A stretch of 62,972 bases of DNA, filler included, from Octopus bimaculoides (taxonomy: Eukaryota), in the NCBI RefSeq assembly GCF_001194135.2. It is 5 parts of 5 records of this genome, joined end to end, with 100 filler letters (N's around TTAATTAATTAA, not from the genome) between each part and the next. Parts side by side here need not be neighbours in the genome. Positions count along the whole stretch, not along the records: positions 21,815 to 52,398 come from NC_068996.1; positions 52,499 to 61,308 come from NC_068992.1; positions 61,409 to 62,972 come from NW_026381497.1; 2 more parts are not named here. One strand, given 5' to 3'. Made by a program: the position numbers and the translations under genes. Numbering within the stretch: position 1 is the stretch's first letter; each line of letters opens with the position of its first letter. A model generated the notes under the pieces. The model worked only from the letters and a program-made list of their open reading frames with translations, did not search any database and was not told where the DNA came from. Below, in pieces: positions 51,850-62,972 of this stretch.

Positions 51850-52398
51850 TTTATGTGCCAGTGATGATTGAATGTTCTGTTGATACCAAGTACAAGAAGC
51901 TGTTTTTATAAAATTTCCTGAGGGTGAAGGCCCATTTGGAATGATATAGGAAAGTATATTTGGTTTTATGAAAGACAAACTGGAGATTATTAAAGGAGGG
52001 AGAAAGATCAAGATGTTAGAGGATGCTGACGAGGACTGCCTCCATTACTTTGGAGGCATTGAAAATGAGAGCAATAAATCAGTAGCTAATTGGGTCAGTT
52101 GATTTTCATTCTTGGGAATGAGAAATTTCTAAGGATTGGAATGTATTCAAAAGAGCAAGATGGAAAAGTTTGAAGATAAGGAGTAACACTGAGGCGTTCA
52201 TTCAAGAGTAGCAGAGAAGACATTGTCAGGACCTGTAGTGTTGTTGGTTTGAAGCTACCAGAGATACTTTTGCACTGAGTATGGTGAAGTAGAAAGAGAT
52301 AGTTTCAGAGAAGATTCACATAATGTGTTGCACTGTTAAGTTAGATGTAACACACACAGCAGATATGGAACCATCCTCAGCAAGGGTACTCCTTACGG
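51850..52398 (-). mobile_element. CR1/Jockey-like RT N-terminal fragment
   Basis: LQTNNTTGPD, DPISY*FIALIFNASKVMEA and NLQFVFHK. Confidence 0.65.
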
Positions 52399-52498
52399 NN
52401 NNNNNNNNNNNNNNNNNNNNNNNNNNNNNNNNNNNNNNNNNNTTAATTAATTAANNNNNNNNNNNNNNNNNNNNNNNNNNNNNNNNNNNNNNNNNNNN

Positions 52499-52915
52499 GA
52501 GGACGTCACCAACACTAAACAATATGAAATACGCATAGAGAGAAACAAATGGAAAACAGGCCAATTAACACAAATAACAACCCTTCAGCAGTTGTCAGCT
52601 GTCTACCTACTCCTCATTTTGAGCATTGAACAACAATATGCGTCTTCGAAGACAGTTACTCCCATAAGTACCATAATAAAATTTCGGCTTTATAGAGAGA
52701 CAATGTCGGGAACAAAAACAGGACTGTGGAGACATACAAGGAAACCGAACGAAAACAAACATGGAGTGTCGTTTGACCAGACCGAGGGTAAAATAGCGTG
52801 TGCTGGAGAAATATTTTCTTTGACAAGAGAAGATATAGAAGAGAGAGAGATAGAATACGTCCAGTACTTAGCACGTGTGAGCAACGAGATAGCGAAAGGG
52901 AGAAAGAAAGGATAG
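52499..52915 (+). mobile_element. Open frame running out of a gap, possibly a LINE ORF2 C-terminus
   Basis: A stop-free frame of about 138 codons (EDVTNTKQYEIRIERNKW...IIKFRLYRET...). The family assignment is weak. Confidence 0.3.
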
Positions 52916-54459
52916 AGAGACAGACAGAAAACGGTGAAGGGGACGAAAAGGGAATAGAGAAGAGGACTTGCGAGGAAACAGTATACAGTCGCATCAAACA
53001 GATTAAGATAAACTTACTTGGAAATGGATGCGTGACGCTGAAACAAATACTAATATAAATAATATATATATNNNNNNNNNNNNNNNNNNNNNNNNNNNNN
53101 NNNNNNNNNNNNNNNNNNNNNNNNNNNNNNNNNNNNNNNNNNNNNNNNNNNNNNNNNNNNNNNNNNNNNNNNNNNNNNNNNNNNNNNNNNNNNNNNNNNN
53201 NNNNNNNNNNNNNNNNNNNNNNNNNNNNNNNNNNNNNNNNNNNNNNNNNNNNNNNNNNNNNNNNNNNNNNNNNNNNNNNNNNNNNNNNNNNNNNNNNNNN
53301 NNNNNNNNNNNNNNNNNNNNNNNNNNNNNNNNNNNNNNNNNNNNNNNNNNNNNNNNNNNNNNNNNNNNNNNNNNNNNNNNNNNNNNNNNNNNNNNNNNNN
53401 NNNNNNNNNNNNNNNNNNNNNNNNNNNNNNNNNNNNNNNNNNNNNNNNNNNNNNNNNNNNNNNNNNNNNNNNNNNNNNNNNNNNNNNNNNNNNNNNNNNN
53501 NNNNNNNNNNNNNNNNNNNNNNNNNNNNNNNNNNNNNNNNNNNNNNNNNNNNNNNNNNNNNNNNNNNNNNNNNNNNNNNNNNNNNNNNNNNNNNNNNNNN
53601 NNNNNNNNNNNNNNNNNNNNNNNNNNNNNNNNNNNNNNNNNNNNNNNNNNNNNNNNNNNNNNNNNNNNNNNNNNNNNNNNNNNNNNNNNNNNNNNNNNNN
53701 NNNNNNNNNNNNNNNNNNNNNNNNNNNNNNNNNNNNNNNNNNNNNNNNNNNNNNNNNNNNNNNNNNNNNNNNNNNNNNNNNNNNNNNNNNNTATATATAT
53801 ATATATATTTCAATTCTAATTGACAGATAAAGACCAAACATATGTCAAAAGAGAGAGAGTGAGAGAGCAAGAGTGGGTGGCAAAATGCAGTGTAAAATGA
53901 GACAAGCTCAGAAAATATGCTTTATAGAGTCATCATGTTGGGTTTGTACTTCTTATATCTTTGTGTTTATATCTCCGATATAGTTTAGCTCTTTCGCCTA
54001 TGAAATTATTCTTTATCCACGATAAATTATATTCCTCTCTCACCCCCCACCTCTGTCATTCTCCTTTTCTGTTTTCTCTCTTGTTTGCTTCCAATATTCG
54101 GGTCTTACGTTTTCTACCCTCTACATGTTCCCTTTTACGTCTTTCTTTATTCGCCAATATCTACATCAATCCCATGGAAAACCCGTAAGAACTATTGAAA
54201 TAATGACATGTCAAGAAATTCTCTTGGTTGAAAACGAATAACAAAATATTAATTGTTAATAAAATCATAGATGGTATTTGACAATTATACAATTAACTTT
54301 GAGAAAGCTTGCGCGGAAAACTCCATATGTTTTAAAATGAAACCATGCTATTCTCATCCGTTTGTTTCACTACCATGGAAAATATTTTAAATTGCAATTT
54401 TAAATAAACAACGAGATAAAAAAATTGACGTTTCATACTAATATACTAATATATCAGTG

Positions 54460-54495
54460 ATACTCATATGCATCTAATTAGATGCATATGAGTAT
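54460..54495. other. Perfect 36-bp palindrome
   Basis: ATACTCATATGCATCTAA|TTAGATGCATATGAGTAT. Confidence 0.95.
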
Positions 54496-54859
54496 AAAGA
54501 AACGAAAAGAGAAGCACACCTGAAAGCTTGATAATGAAAAATGTCAATGTTTAGTTAAAGTGACTCAATTTGCTAGAATTGTGATGAGTAGGCACTCGTT
54601 TCTAACGTGTGAATGTATATTTAATCTTCTCGTAGTCATCTGTACAAGAAATGTTCATATGTTTCTGATCATCTTAAAGAGACGTAGAGAGTTGTAAATT
54701 TTATGATGCTGTTAGCAACTGGGTGACGGTAATTTAAAATATACGCGTGAAATTCTCCTCGTTTACAGCAGTAACAGTGAAAATCTAAATATATTAGTGC
54801 ATAACTTTAGTTAAATTTAGTGACGGAACTTACGCATGGGTGCATGAAACCTCACGCTG

Positions 54860-54890
<31 letters not shown>

Positions 54891-54955
54891 NNNNNNNNNN
54901 NNNNNNNNNNNNNNNNNNNNNNNNNNNNNNNNNNNNNNNNNNNNNNNNNNNNNNN

Positions 54956-54999
<44 letters not shown>

Positions 55000-55106
55000 C
55001 ACATACATACATATATACACATATATGTATATATATATACACATACATATATATACACATATACATATATATGTATATATATGCACACACACACGCATAA
55101 ACGCAC

Positions 55107-55144
<38 letters not shown>

Positions 55145-55689
55145 ACACACACACGCATATATTTCAATACTAGTGATATAATTCATCAAATATTCGTGAT
55201 GTAAATATTTGGAAGATTTCCCTACACCTTGGCTGCTACTACTAGAAATTGTTAAGTAGTATGTTACATGCTGAGAAGCGTGATTACTCATTCGGTCTTC
55301 GATTTGCAGCCGTGACTATTTTACAAATCCTATTCAATGCTCCCTGAACTTATTATTTACTTTTAATTTTAATTCTAAAATATTAAGTGCAAGTAGTAAA
55401 GAAAAAAGTACGAAATTAAATATTAAAAAATCTAAGAATAGATAATTAAAATAAGTAAAATGTGTTACGAAATATAAAAAAAGTATAAAGATACGCAGAT
55501 ACTTCATTACAACGCCAATTTGACTTATTTCCGGATCAGGCATTTCTAAACCCATGCCACAATTCCTGTGAAATAATTCTATGATGAACATGATATTCTA
55601 CATTGAAATAGAATTGTTTTCATGATAATATTTATGATGATGGCAATAGAAGTTACAACAACAACTGTAGTATTCCTTGTAGTAGAAAT

Positions 55690-55935
55690 AATGATAATAA
55701 TAATGAAGATGATGAGGACGACGACGACGACGACGACGATGACGACGACGACGATGATGACGACGACGACGATGACGACGACGACGATGACGACGATGAC
55801 GACGACGACGATGACGACGACGACGACAACGACGATGATGATGATGATGAAGATGATAATGATAATGATGATGATGATGATGATAATAATAATAATAATA
55901 ATAATATTAATAATAATAATAATAATAATAATAAA
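55690..55935. repeat. Compound (GAT/GAC/AAT)n microsatellite
   Basis: Seen directly. Confidence 0.95.
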
Positions 55936-55939
55936 CGTC

Positions 55940-56450
55940 CTATTGCAGAACCAGGAAGTGGCTCTCGTGGCTTCTGATCTTCACTGAGTGGAAGTGTTAT
56001 CATGTACATTGTTTTGTCTTGGTAAACATTCTGCTCAATACCACAGATTTGCCTCTCAGTAATTTGATCTTAACCATTTGAGCATGTCCTTTGGTGGTTG
56101 ATGAGACGTGCATCTCTGACCAAAATGAGGATTAGCATCATTGCCTTCGAGAAGAATTTTTGGGCTTTGAATAATTCACCTCTGGAAACGTGGGATGTTT
56201 CGTTCACCATCCATCATTTAACAACCCTTATTCAGAGACTTTCTTGAGTGGGATGGGCTGTCCGACGTGAGGAAAATTCTAACTGGGCCCCACCTGCAAG
56301 GTCATGTGCTGTTTATCTTGATATAGGATGGTCATGTGGCGTACATATGGATGTGATGCATGTGCCTGGTGTACTCTCATCAGAGGATTAGTTCTGATGG
56401 GTATAATGGGCTTCATATATGTTTTCCCAGTGTCACATTCATGGCATGCA
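55940..56450 (-). mobile_element. SINE-like interspersed repeat, family E
   Basis: Non-coding element ending at the (TTA)n tail. Recognised only by general resemblance to octopus SINE-like repeats. Confidence 0.4.
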
Positions 56451-56469
56451 CTGCTCTCTAACTCAGTAA

Positions 56470-56690
56470 TAACGATAATACTTTCTGCTATAGGCACAAA
56501 GCCTTAAAGTTTTGGGGAGGGAATAACTGATTACATCGCCCCCAGTGTTCAATTGGTTCTTATTTTGTAAACCTCGAAAGAGTGAAAGGGATAGTCAACA
56601 TCGGTGGAAGTTGAACTCAATAAATAACGACGGGCGGAATACCGCGAAGCATTTCGTCCAGTGTGCTAACCATTTTGCCCTCTCGCTGCC
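56470..56690 (-). mobile_element. SINE family B
   Basis: ctcgaaagagtgaaaggg...ttgaactc...gaagcatttcgtccagtgtgctaac. Confidence 0.8.
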
Positions 56691-56784
56691 TGAATAACAA
56701 CAACAGCAACAAAAACAACAACGTCAACAGCAGCAGCAGCAACAGCAGCAACAAGAACAACAATAATAATAATAACATTAATAA

Positions 56785-59700
56785 TAATACTTTCTTTATT
56801 GGCCACCAGGGCCCAACACTAAACATAGAGGTTGATGCACGGACGATGGACAGTGACTTGAAACGTGTAAAGAATAAATAAAACGATTGACAAATAGATT
56901 AAATCAAAGAAATTCTTCCCCAACTGAGGGGTGTCTCAACATAAGGTGACCAACGAGACCTCACGCACTTTTGACCCCTTAATACCAAAGGCTCCTCAGG
57001 AAGGCACCCTCTCATCTCCCTTCCATCCGGCATACAAGCGCGAACATAGAGAAGGCTCATTCACACGGGCCATTCTTTCCACATTCACCCACTATTCAAA
57101 AGACTTACTGGGTGACAGTACCTCTCTCCAGACACATTTTCTTTATCAGGTGGAACCTAAAACATTTAATGAGGTCTTACCGAAAGAGAATGGTACCCAT
57201 CTTCAACCCTTTCAATCGTGTCAACCACGCAACACCTTTTGCCATAGAGACTCAGAAAAATTGCCCTCCCTTTCCCAGCCAAAGGAAGAAGGTGGGACGA
57301 TCTTCACAATGTATTCTGACGATAGGTGGATCCGCCCTACACGTGACAATAACTGTTCAACAAGCGCCACAAGTCAGTAATGCACGGACACTATACGAGA
57401 GCATGCAGAACAGTTTCATCGCACCTTGAGTACCTCGGACAAGTCCGACTGAGTGCATTCCCGTGCCCACAGAGCTTATATTGAACCGCCCCCACCCCCG
57501 GTAGCTCTGCCAATAATTTCTAGAATTTATCCATAGTTCCTATCCCGAAAAGCCTCCGGAAAATACCAGCTAGTTGATTCCTACCGTTGTCCAGGACGTC
57601 ACCGTGTACGTCTTACCCTCCCCTAATCCCCTACAGAACTCCAAGGTGGAACTTCCACCGACCGCAATACCCAACTCGCCGAGGGCTGCGAGCGCTTGGA
57701 CACACTTTAGTTGCCAAGCTCCTTGCATTGGTCTATGTCTGATCCAGGACTGCATCTCCGTTAAGGAGACGAACTGCGGAAAAGCGCGTTCAACAACAGG
57801 TGACCACACATGCTCACCGTTAAGGTATCGCTGGAGATGTTGCAGCATCTGTGCATGTCTACGCATCATCATCCACAGCATGCCCAGTTCTCCATGCAGC
57901 GGGTGCTGACAGCAAATGAACCGTCTGACAAGCGGTACCTGTTCTCATCTCAGGAGGCGGAAGAATAATTTCATCAACCCGTTCAGCCTCGAAGCAAGTC
58001 AAGGCTGTAGTATATGACAGATGCGATTTACACATTCGCCAGCTCCATCCGACCTTTCAGGTACAGCTTACTTTCGGCCAATTTCTGGGTGAAACTGGCC
58101 ACTACCCACCAGTTCCTTTCTACTTGGAAATCTGGATAGAACCAAACCCGGCACAACTTAACAGGCTCTTCTGTCCAGCGCCTCACCGCGCTGTCGGTTG
58201 GCTTGGGTCTGCCTCTCCAGATGCCGAGCTTCAGACCCACTGACTTTTGGTTGATCAATGCTCTGTCACTGCTTCGTATTTCCTTAGGGTAGTGCTGACC
58301 ATCTCCAATTCCAAGATGTCTGATATTATGACGGTGACGTCGTCCGGTTACGCTGACACAAACTTTCCGCATCCCAGGTCACGCAGGATGAGCTTCGAAA
58401 ACTCCAGATTCTACAGTAATGGCTCGAGTGCCAAAACGTAGAGAAGGAGTGAGAGTTGGCATCCTTAACAGACCGAACGTGTGATACTAAACGAATAGAT
58501 GTTGCTGTGCATTGCCGCGATCCAGCCTCTGAAAACGGGAGCAAACCCGGCCACCAAAAGGACAGGCTCCAAGTACAGATGCTCAACCCTCTCAAAAGAT
58601 TTCAATTCATCCAAACAGATCAGGGTCCTACCTTTGCAAGTTTCTTGATGTATCGAGTGATGTGGGGCTTGTCGTGTATAGTTGTACTGGGAATAGCGCA
58701 CGTCTTCCCAACACCTACCAGTCTGTCAACGACAAGCGCCAGCCTCTTTGTTAACACTTTAGCCAACATTTTTTATTCTGTATCTAGCAAATTTACCGGC
58801 CCAAAGGTATCGACAATGCGCCCATTTTTCGGATACTTTCTCAGTAGCGTCACCACATCTCGGCTCACAGATCCATGTGCTCTGCCATTCTGCTGCCACT
58901 TGAGATAAATGTCTCACAAAAGCTCACCAATCAACTCTGGCATATGTACATAGAGCTTGAAGGGCAGACCGTTCAAACCCGGACATCTCTCACTCGAGCA
59001 AACTAGCTAACGCGTAACGTTCAGCCGTTATCGGCATTTCGTAGAACACCTCGACCCAGGCCGAAAGCTGCGGTATATCATCAAGCTAGGAAATGAAGTT
59101 TACCTTGTCCTCCGGGTTACCGCGCGCCCTGTACAGTTCAGCAAAATGCTGTAAAAATGTTGGGACTACAGATCACACCTTCTGGTTCAATGTTCTTGTT
59201 TTCCTTGGCCTTCCTCACTAGCACGGATTTCCATTGCTGCGCGGATGGTTGTTCTTGTTGTAGTGATATTTTTGCTTTTCAAGTTTGTTTGGTTTTGATT
59301 CTGTTGTGGGTGTCGGTGGTGCCTGTTGTTTTGGTGTTGTCATCAGTGTGTCTGTGTTTGCTGTTTCTCGGATGTCTACCATTTTTTTTTCTGTCTTTCT
59401 GTTTTGACTTTTGGGCTTCCCCTTCATCACTTTGATGCGTGGAGGAGTTCGTGTCTTCTATGTTTTCTGCTGGTGTTGTTTGTTCCGGTTCTCTTGTCAT
59501 TGTGGTTGTTGCTACTCCTGTTACTGTAGCTTCCATCACTGCTTCTAGTGCTACGTCCACTGATACCTTTATTGTAACACCTGCCTGTTGTGTCTCCTTA
59601 GGTTCAATTTTTGTTTCCATTCCACTGCATTTCTGTTGTTCTTGTTGTTTATCTCGACTTTTGTGAAGTGGGGATTTCTTTTGGACATTTCTTTCTGCCT

Positions 59701-60800
59701 TTCTGTTATGGTTCTGTGGGCAGAAAAACCGTATGTGACTCGTTGAACCACAATCACAGCACCTCGGCTTTCTGCTCTCCACGTTCACACTTAATTCTAA
59801 ACCATTCGACAGGGAAATCAAGTCTGGCTTCAGGTAGAGAAGAATCGCCAAGGTAGTTCCAACCAGTTTTCCACCTCAATCTTTTATCATCCAGGAGATT
59901 CTCTACAAATAAGGGCGAAGATCCACCATAAATCCAAGCATGGCACTGTAATACATACCGCCATTCTTTCTATGTACGCTGGGAAGAGGGCGATTTCCTC
60001 AGTGCAACGCGTGGCGATCGAGCTCCGTATTGCCTGCCCCTCGGTCTTAAATATGATCTCTAATCTACCGCACTGCCTCCCTTTCGCAAGGTGGTGGAAA
60101 TCGTGCCGTATATTTTTCAATGCTTTTTCCAACTGGTTGCTTTTAGCTTGTTTGAGTTTCCTTGACTTTGTGTTTACACACCTATAGACAACTGTCCGTT
60201 TTGCTATTGCTTAAAGCATGTCACATGAACGCATCAATTCTGCCCCGCTTCCATTCATTTTCATATATTTTGCTACCTTGTTTACTTTTCCTATTTTGTT
60301 CTCCAGTGAGATGTTAAAACATTCCTTAGCTACCGTGATATTTGCAAATGTCTCTTCACCGCTAACTCTCTTTTTGTTAGTGACTCCACAGTAGTTGCTT
60401 TCGATGTCGTTCTACTACAATTTTCACGTAGTGAGGCAGACTTTACTTCTTCCTTCCTCTCGCCTTCTTTCTGCGTTTTATCTTCTTTCCTCTTTTGTTG
60501 ACTCTTCTTCTTCTTCTTCTTCTTCTTCTTCTTCTTCTTCTTCTTCTTCTTCTTCTTCTTCTTCTTCTTCTTCTTCTTCTTCTTCTTCTTCTTCTTCTTC
60601 TTTCTTTCTTTCTTTACGTCCTGCTGTCTACTGCCAATCATGCCGGGGAGGCCGTGGACATCCTTATGCAAAGTACCGTACCACTCTCCCTCCTCACTCC
60701 CGCTTTTCGTCGCCATCTTCAATGTTTATTTTCTTCGAAGCACATTTTCGGAGAAATTTGAAAACAAAAAAGTTTGTATTACTCCCAAAATGTATAAGCA
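56785..60800 (-). mobile_element. L1/Tx1-type LINE, near full span but decayed: ORF1 about 60720-59160, ORF2 RT about 59150-57050
   Basis: ORF1 knuckle CCDCGSTSHIRFFC. ORF2 has CPGLNGLPFKLY, KMLAKVLTKRL, SAYADDVTVI and LGIWRG, and the 3' end is AATAAAGAAAG followed by (TAT)n. Confidence 0.9.
60503..60601. repeat. (TTC)n / (AAG)n microsatellite inside the LINE 5' region
   Basis: About 32 uninterrupted units. Confidence 0.95.
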
Positions 60801-61569
60801 CCATAGAAGGGCAAGTTCCTTGCAAAACGAATTAAGCAAGAAACAAAATACAGTATAGAACCCTTTAAATAAGGGAATTAGTCATGGACTTCCAGCTCTC
60901 CAAAAACACACCTCCAGCTCTCCAAAAACACACCTCCAGTTAATGACAGTGATAATGATAATAATAATCACCATGCTTTACTATTAAGTAATAGTATCAT
61001 CATTAACACCATTACGATTTCTTTTATTATTACAGAACTTAATATGATACTTCATTGAGATAACTATAATTCCAGCATTGTTTATATTTCGAAGATATGT
61101 GTACTTCAGTTCTGATCATCCTGCAGTCCGAAATTATAGACATTGCTCTGGATCTAAATTGTACATCCCAATTGGATCCTAAAGTTAAAGAAACCAGCAA
61201 GATGTAATTCTTTTCAAAATTCAATTGAACCATTCACTTGATATGATATTACTCGTCAAATATTCAACTTGAGTTATGCGTGTACGTTATATATATATAT
61301 ATATATATNNNNNNNNNNNNNNNNNNNNNNNNNNNNNNNNNNNNNNNNNNNNTTAATTAATTAANNNNNNNNNNNNNNNNNNNNNNNNNNNNNNNNNNNN
61401 NNNNNNNNGTAAGAGTGAGAGAGAAATGGTGAGAGTGAGAGGGGGTGAGAGTGAATTTGAGAGAGGGTGAGAGTGAGAGAGAAAGAAGGTGAGAGAGAGG
61501 GTGAGAATGAGAGAGGATGAGTGAGAGAGAATGAGAGAGAGAGAGAGTGTGAGAGGTGGGGAGACAGAT

Positions 61570-61735
61570 ATGTCCTGGCTCTCTGTCAGTTACAACGTCG
61601 AGGGTTCCAGTTGATTTGATCAAAGGAACAGCCTGCTCATGAAATTAACGTGCAAATGGTTGAGTACTCCACAGTCGTGCATAGCCATAACGTAGTTCTC
61701 AGGGAGATTCAGTGTGAAACAGAATGTAACTAGGC
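61570..61735 (-). mobile_element. SINE family D fragment
   Basis: Reverse complement of the 51560-51715 segment. Confidence 0.75.
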
Positions 61736-61739
61736 TGGC

Positions 61740-61850
61740 ACAAGAGCCAGTCAGCAGCCCTGGCAACGATCACGCTCGGATGGTGCTCTTAATATTCCAC
61801 TAGCACGGATGCCAGTCAGGGGGTGCTGTCATCGGCCATGTCAGCGAATT
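61740..61850 (-). mobile_element. SINE family C internal fragment
   Basis: gccagtcag...cacgctcggatggtgctc tandem unit. Confidence 0.6.
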
Positions 61851-61967
61851 TGTAGGCCCTATGCTTTCACAGAGATATGAAATAGGTGAGAAAGGGCAAC
61901 ATTAGGTGAAAGCGAAGGAGCAGGCTACTGAGAAGGAGACAAGTAATGTATGTTAGTGAATGTTAAG

Positions 61968-62007
<40 letters not shown>

Positions 62008-62089
62008 TGTGTGTGTGTGTGGTGNNNNNNNNNNNNNNNNNNNNNNNNNNNNNNNNNNNNNNNNNGGGGGGGGGTGTGCATGATGAGAG

Positions 62090-62300
62090 AAAGGCAGCAA
62101 GCTGCCAGAAACGTTAGCACGCCAGGCGAAATGCTTCGCAGTATTCCGTCTGTCTCTACGTTCTGAGTTCAAATTCCGCCAAGGTCGACTTTGCATTTCA
62201 TCCTTTCGGGATCAATAAATTAAATACCGAGTACTGAGGTTGATCTAATCAATTGGCCCCCTCCCCAAAAATTTCGGGCGTTGTGCCTGGAGTAGAAAAA
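62090..62300 (+). mobile_element. SINE family B
   Basis: aaggcagcaagctgccagaaacgttagcacgcc...gagttcaaattccgccaaggtcgac. Confidence 0.9.
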
Positions 62301-62419
62301 TATGATTGATGAGAGAGAGAGAAGATGTAGATGTTGACTAGGATCACAGATGTATCAATGTTGTTGGTGTTGGTGTTGGTGTTGGTGTCATTGCACTGAA
62401 CAGATAGTCGGTAGATATA

Positions 62420-62450
<31 letters not shown>

Positions 62451-62724
62451 TCATAACCAGGGATAATATATAAACATTACATTTTCTTCCATAACTGCCA
62501 ACCCTGAAGAGCACAGGGTTACATAATCTGGCTATTATATAACATTCCCTTGAACCCCCAGTGCGAAACTGAGTGGTATGATCAGCCATAATGAATAAAA
62601 CTGTAAACTTCAATTAACATATATACATTATGCCTATATATAGTGCCTTATATAAACACATTACATATACACAGACTTTATATATGTATATATATTACAA
62701 ATACAAAGCTATATACATAAATAT

Positions 62725-62776
<52 letters not shown>

Positions 62777-62813
62777 CACACAGACAACAATCTATAAAGC
62801 AACTGCTACTCAC

Positions 62814-62940
62814 AGGTTCCGTCCACCTCGTCTCCGAAGGAACAGCAGTGTTTGGGTCAATGGCAGAGAAATGCTTCAAATAATTGTTGTTGATGTAGTC
62901 AAGGTGGTCTTCAAGAGGAAAATTGCCGTATGTAACAAAC
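62814..62940 (-). CDS. PITRM1: Internal exon of mitochondrial presequence protease (pitrilysin metallopeptidase 1, M16C family)
   Basis: (R)FVTYGNFPLEDHLDYINNNYLKHFSAIDPNTAVPSETRWTEP aligns from memory with human RFFTYGNFPLEQHLKQIHEEALSKFQKIEPSTVVPAQTPWDKP. Canonical tcttgtag| acceptor and |gtgagt donor, 127 nt. Confidence 0.88.
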
Positions 62941-62972
62941 CTACAAGAATATACATATATATATATCATCAT

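Noticed and set aside
52021-52075. CTGACGA-hairpin-GAAA hammerhead look-alike
   Set aside because: There is no stem III, UH triplet or stem I partner, and it lies antisense within a CR1-like RT fragment.
2976-55291. Numerous long ORFs rich in X, YI, HT, CV, SL or ER
   Set aside because: They are translations of N-gaps and di- or tetranucleotide microsatellites, not genes.
60330-60722. Poly-lysine ORF as a host gene
   Set aside because: It is an (AAG)n tract within the 5' part of the Tx1/L1 element.
62344-62613. Next PITRM1 exon
   Set aside because: No frame resembles the expected ITCxPD...KQTT segment.

Overview
AT-rich, gap-riddled eukaryotic genomic DNA. The SINE families, RTE and Penelope remnants and very dense microsatellites fit an octopus or other cephalopod genome; this is an inference. 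Four 100-bp gaps carry a TTAATTAATTAA spacer (12737, 21759, 52443, 61353) and look like scaffold joins, so adjacent blocks may not be truly contiguous. The only confidently recognised host coding sequence is one internal exon of mitochondrial presequence protease (PITRM1, minus strand, 62814-62940). The rest is mostly decayed mobile DNA: RTE/BovB LINEs, L1/Tx1 LINEs, CR1-like and Penelope-like (GIY-YIG) fragments, Tigger/pogo, mariner, Tc1, a Helitron scrap, hAT, piggyBac-like and mariner MITEs, and many tRNA-derived SINEs. Most long ORFs in the supplied track are microsatellite or N-gap artefacts. The main non-obvious signals are: an apparently intact minimal type I hammerhead ribozyme at 37385-37445, with a diverged inverted sister at 38830-38908; a PHD finger embedded inside the RTE reverse transcriptase; a six-copy 84-bp minisatellite made from RTE coding sequence; an RFX X-box cluster; a CpG-rich NRF1-motif promoter candidate; and a candidate orphan exon pair. 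I found no evidence of a wholly new multi-gene system.
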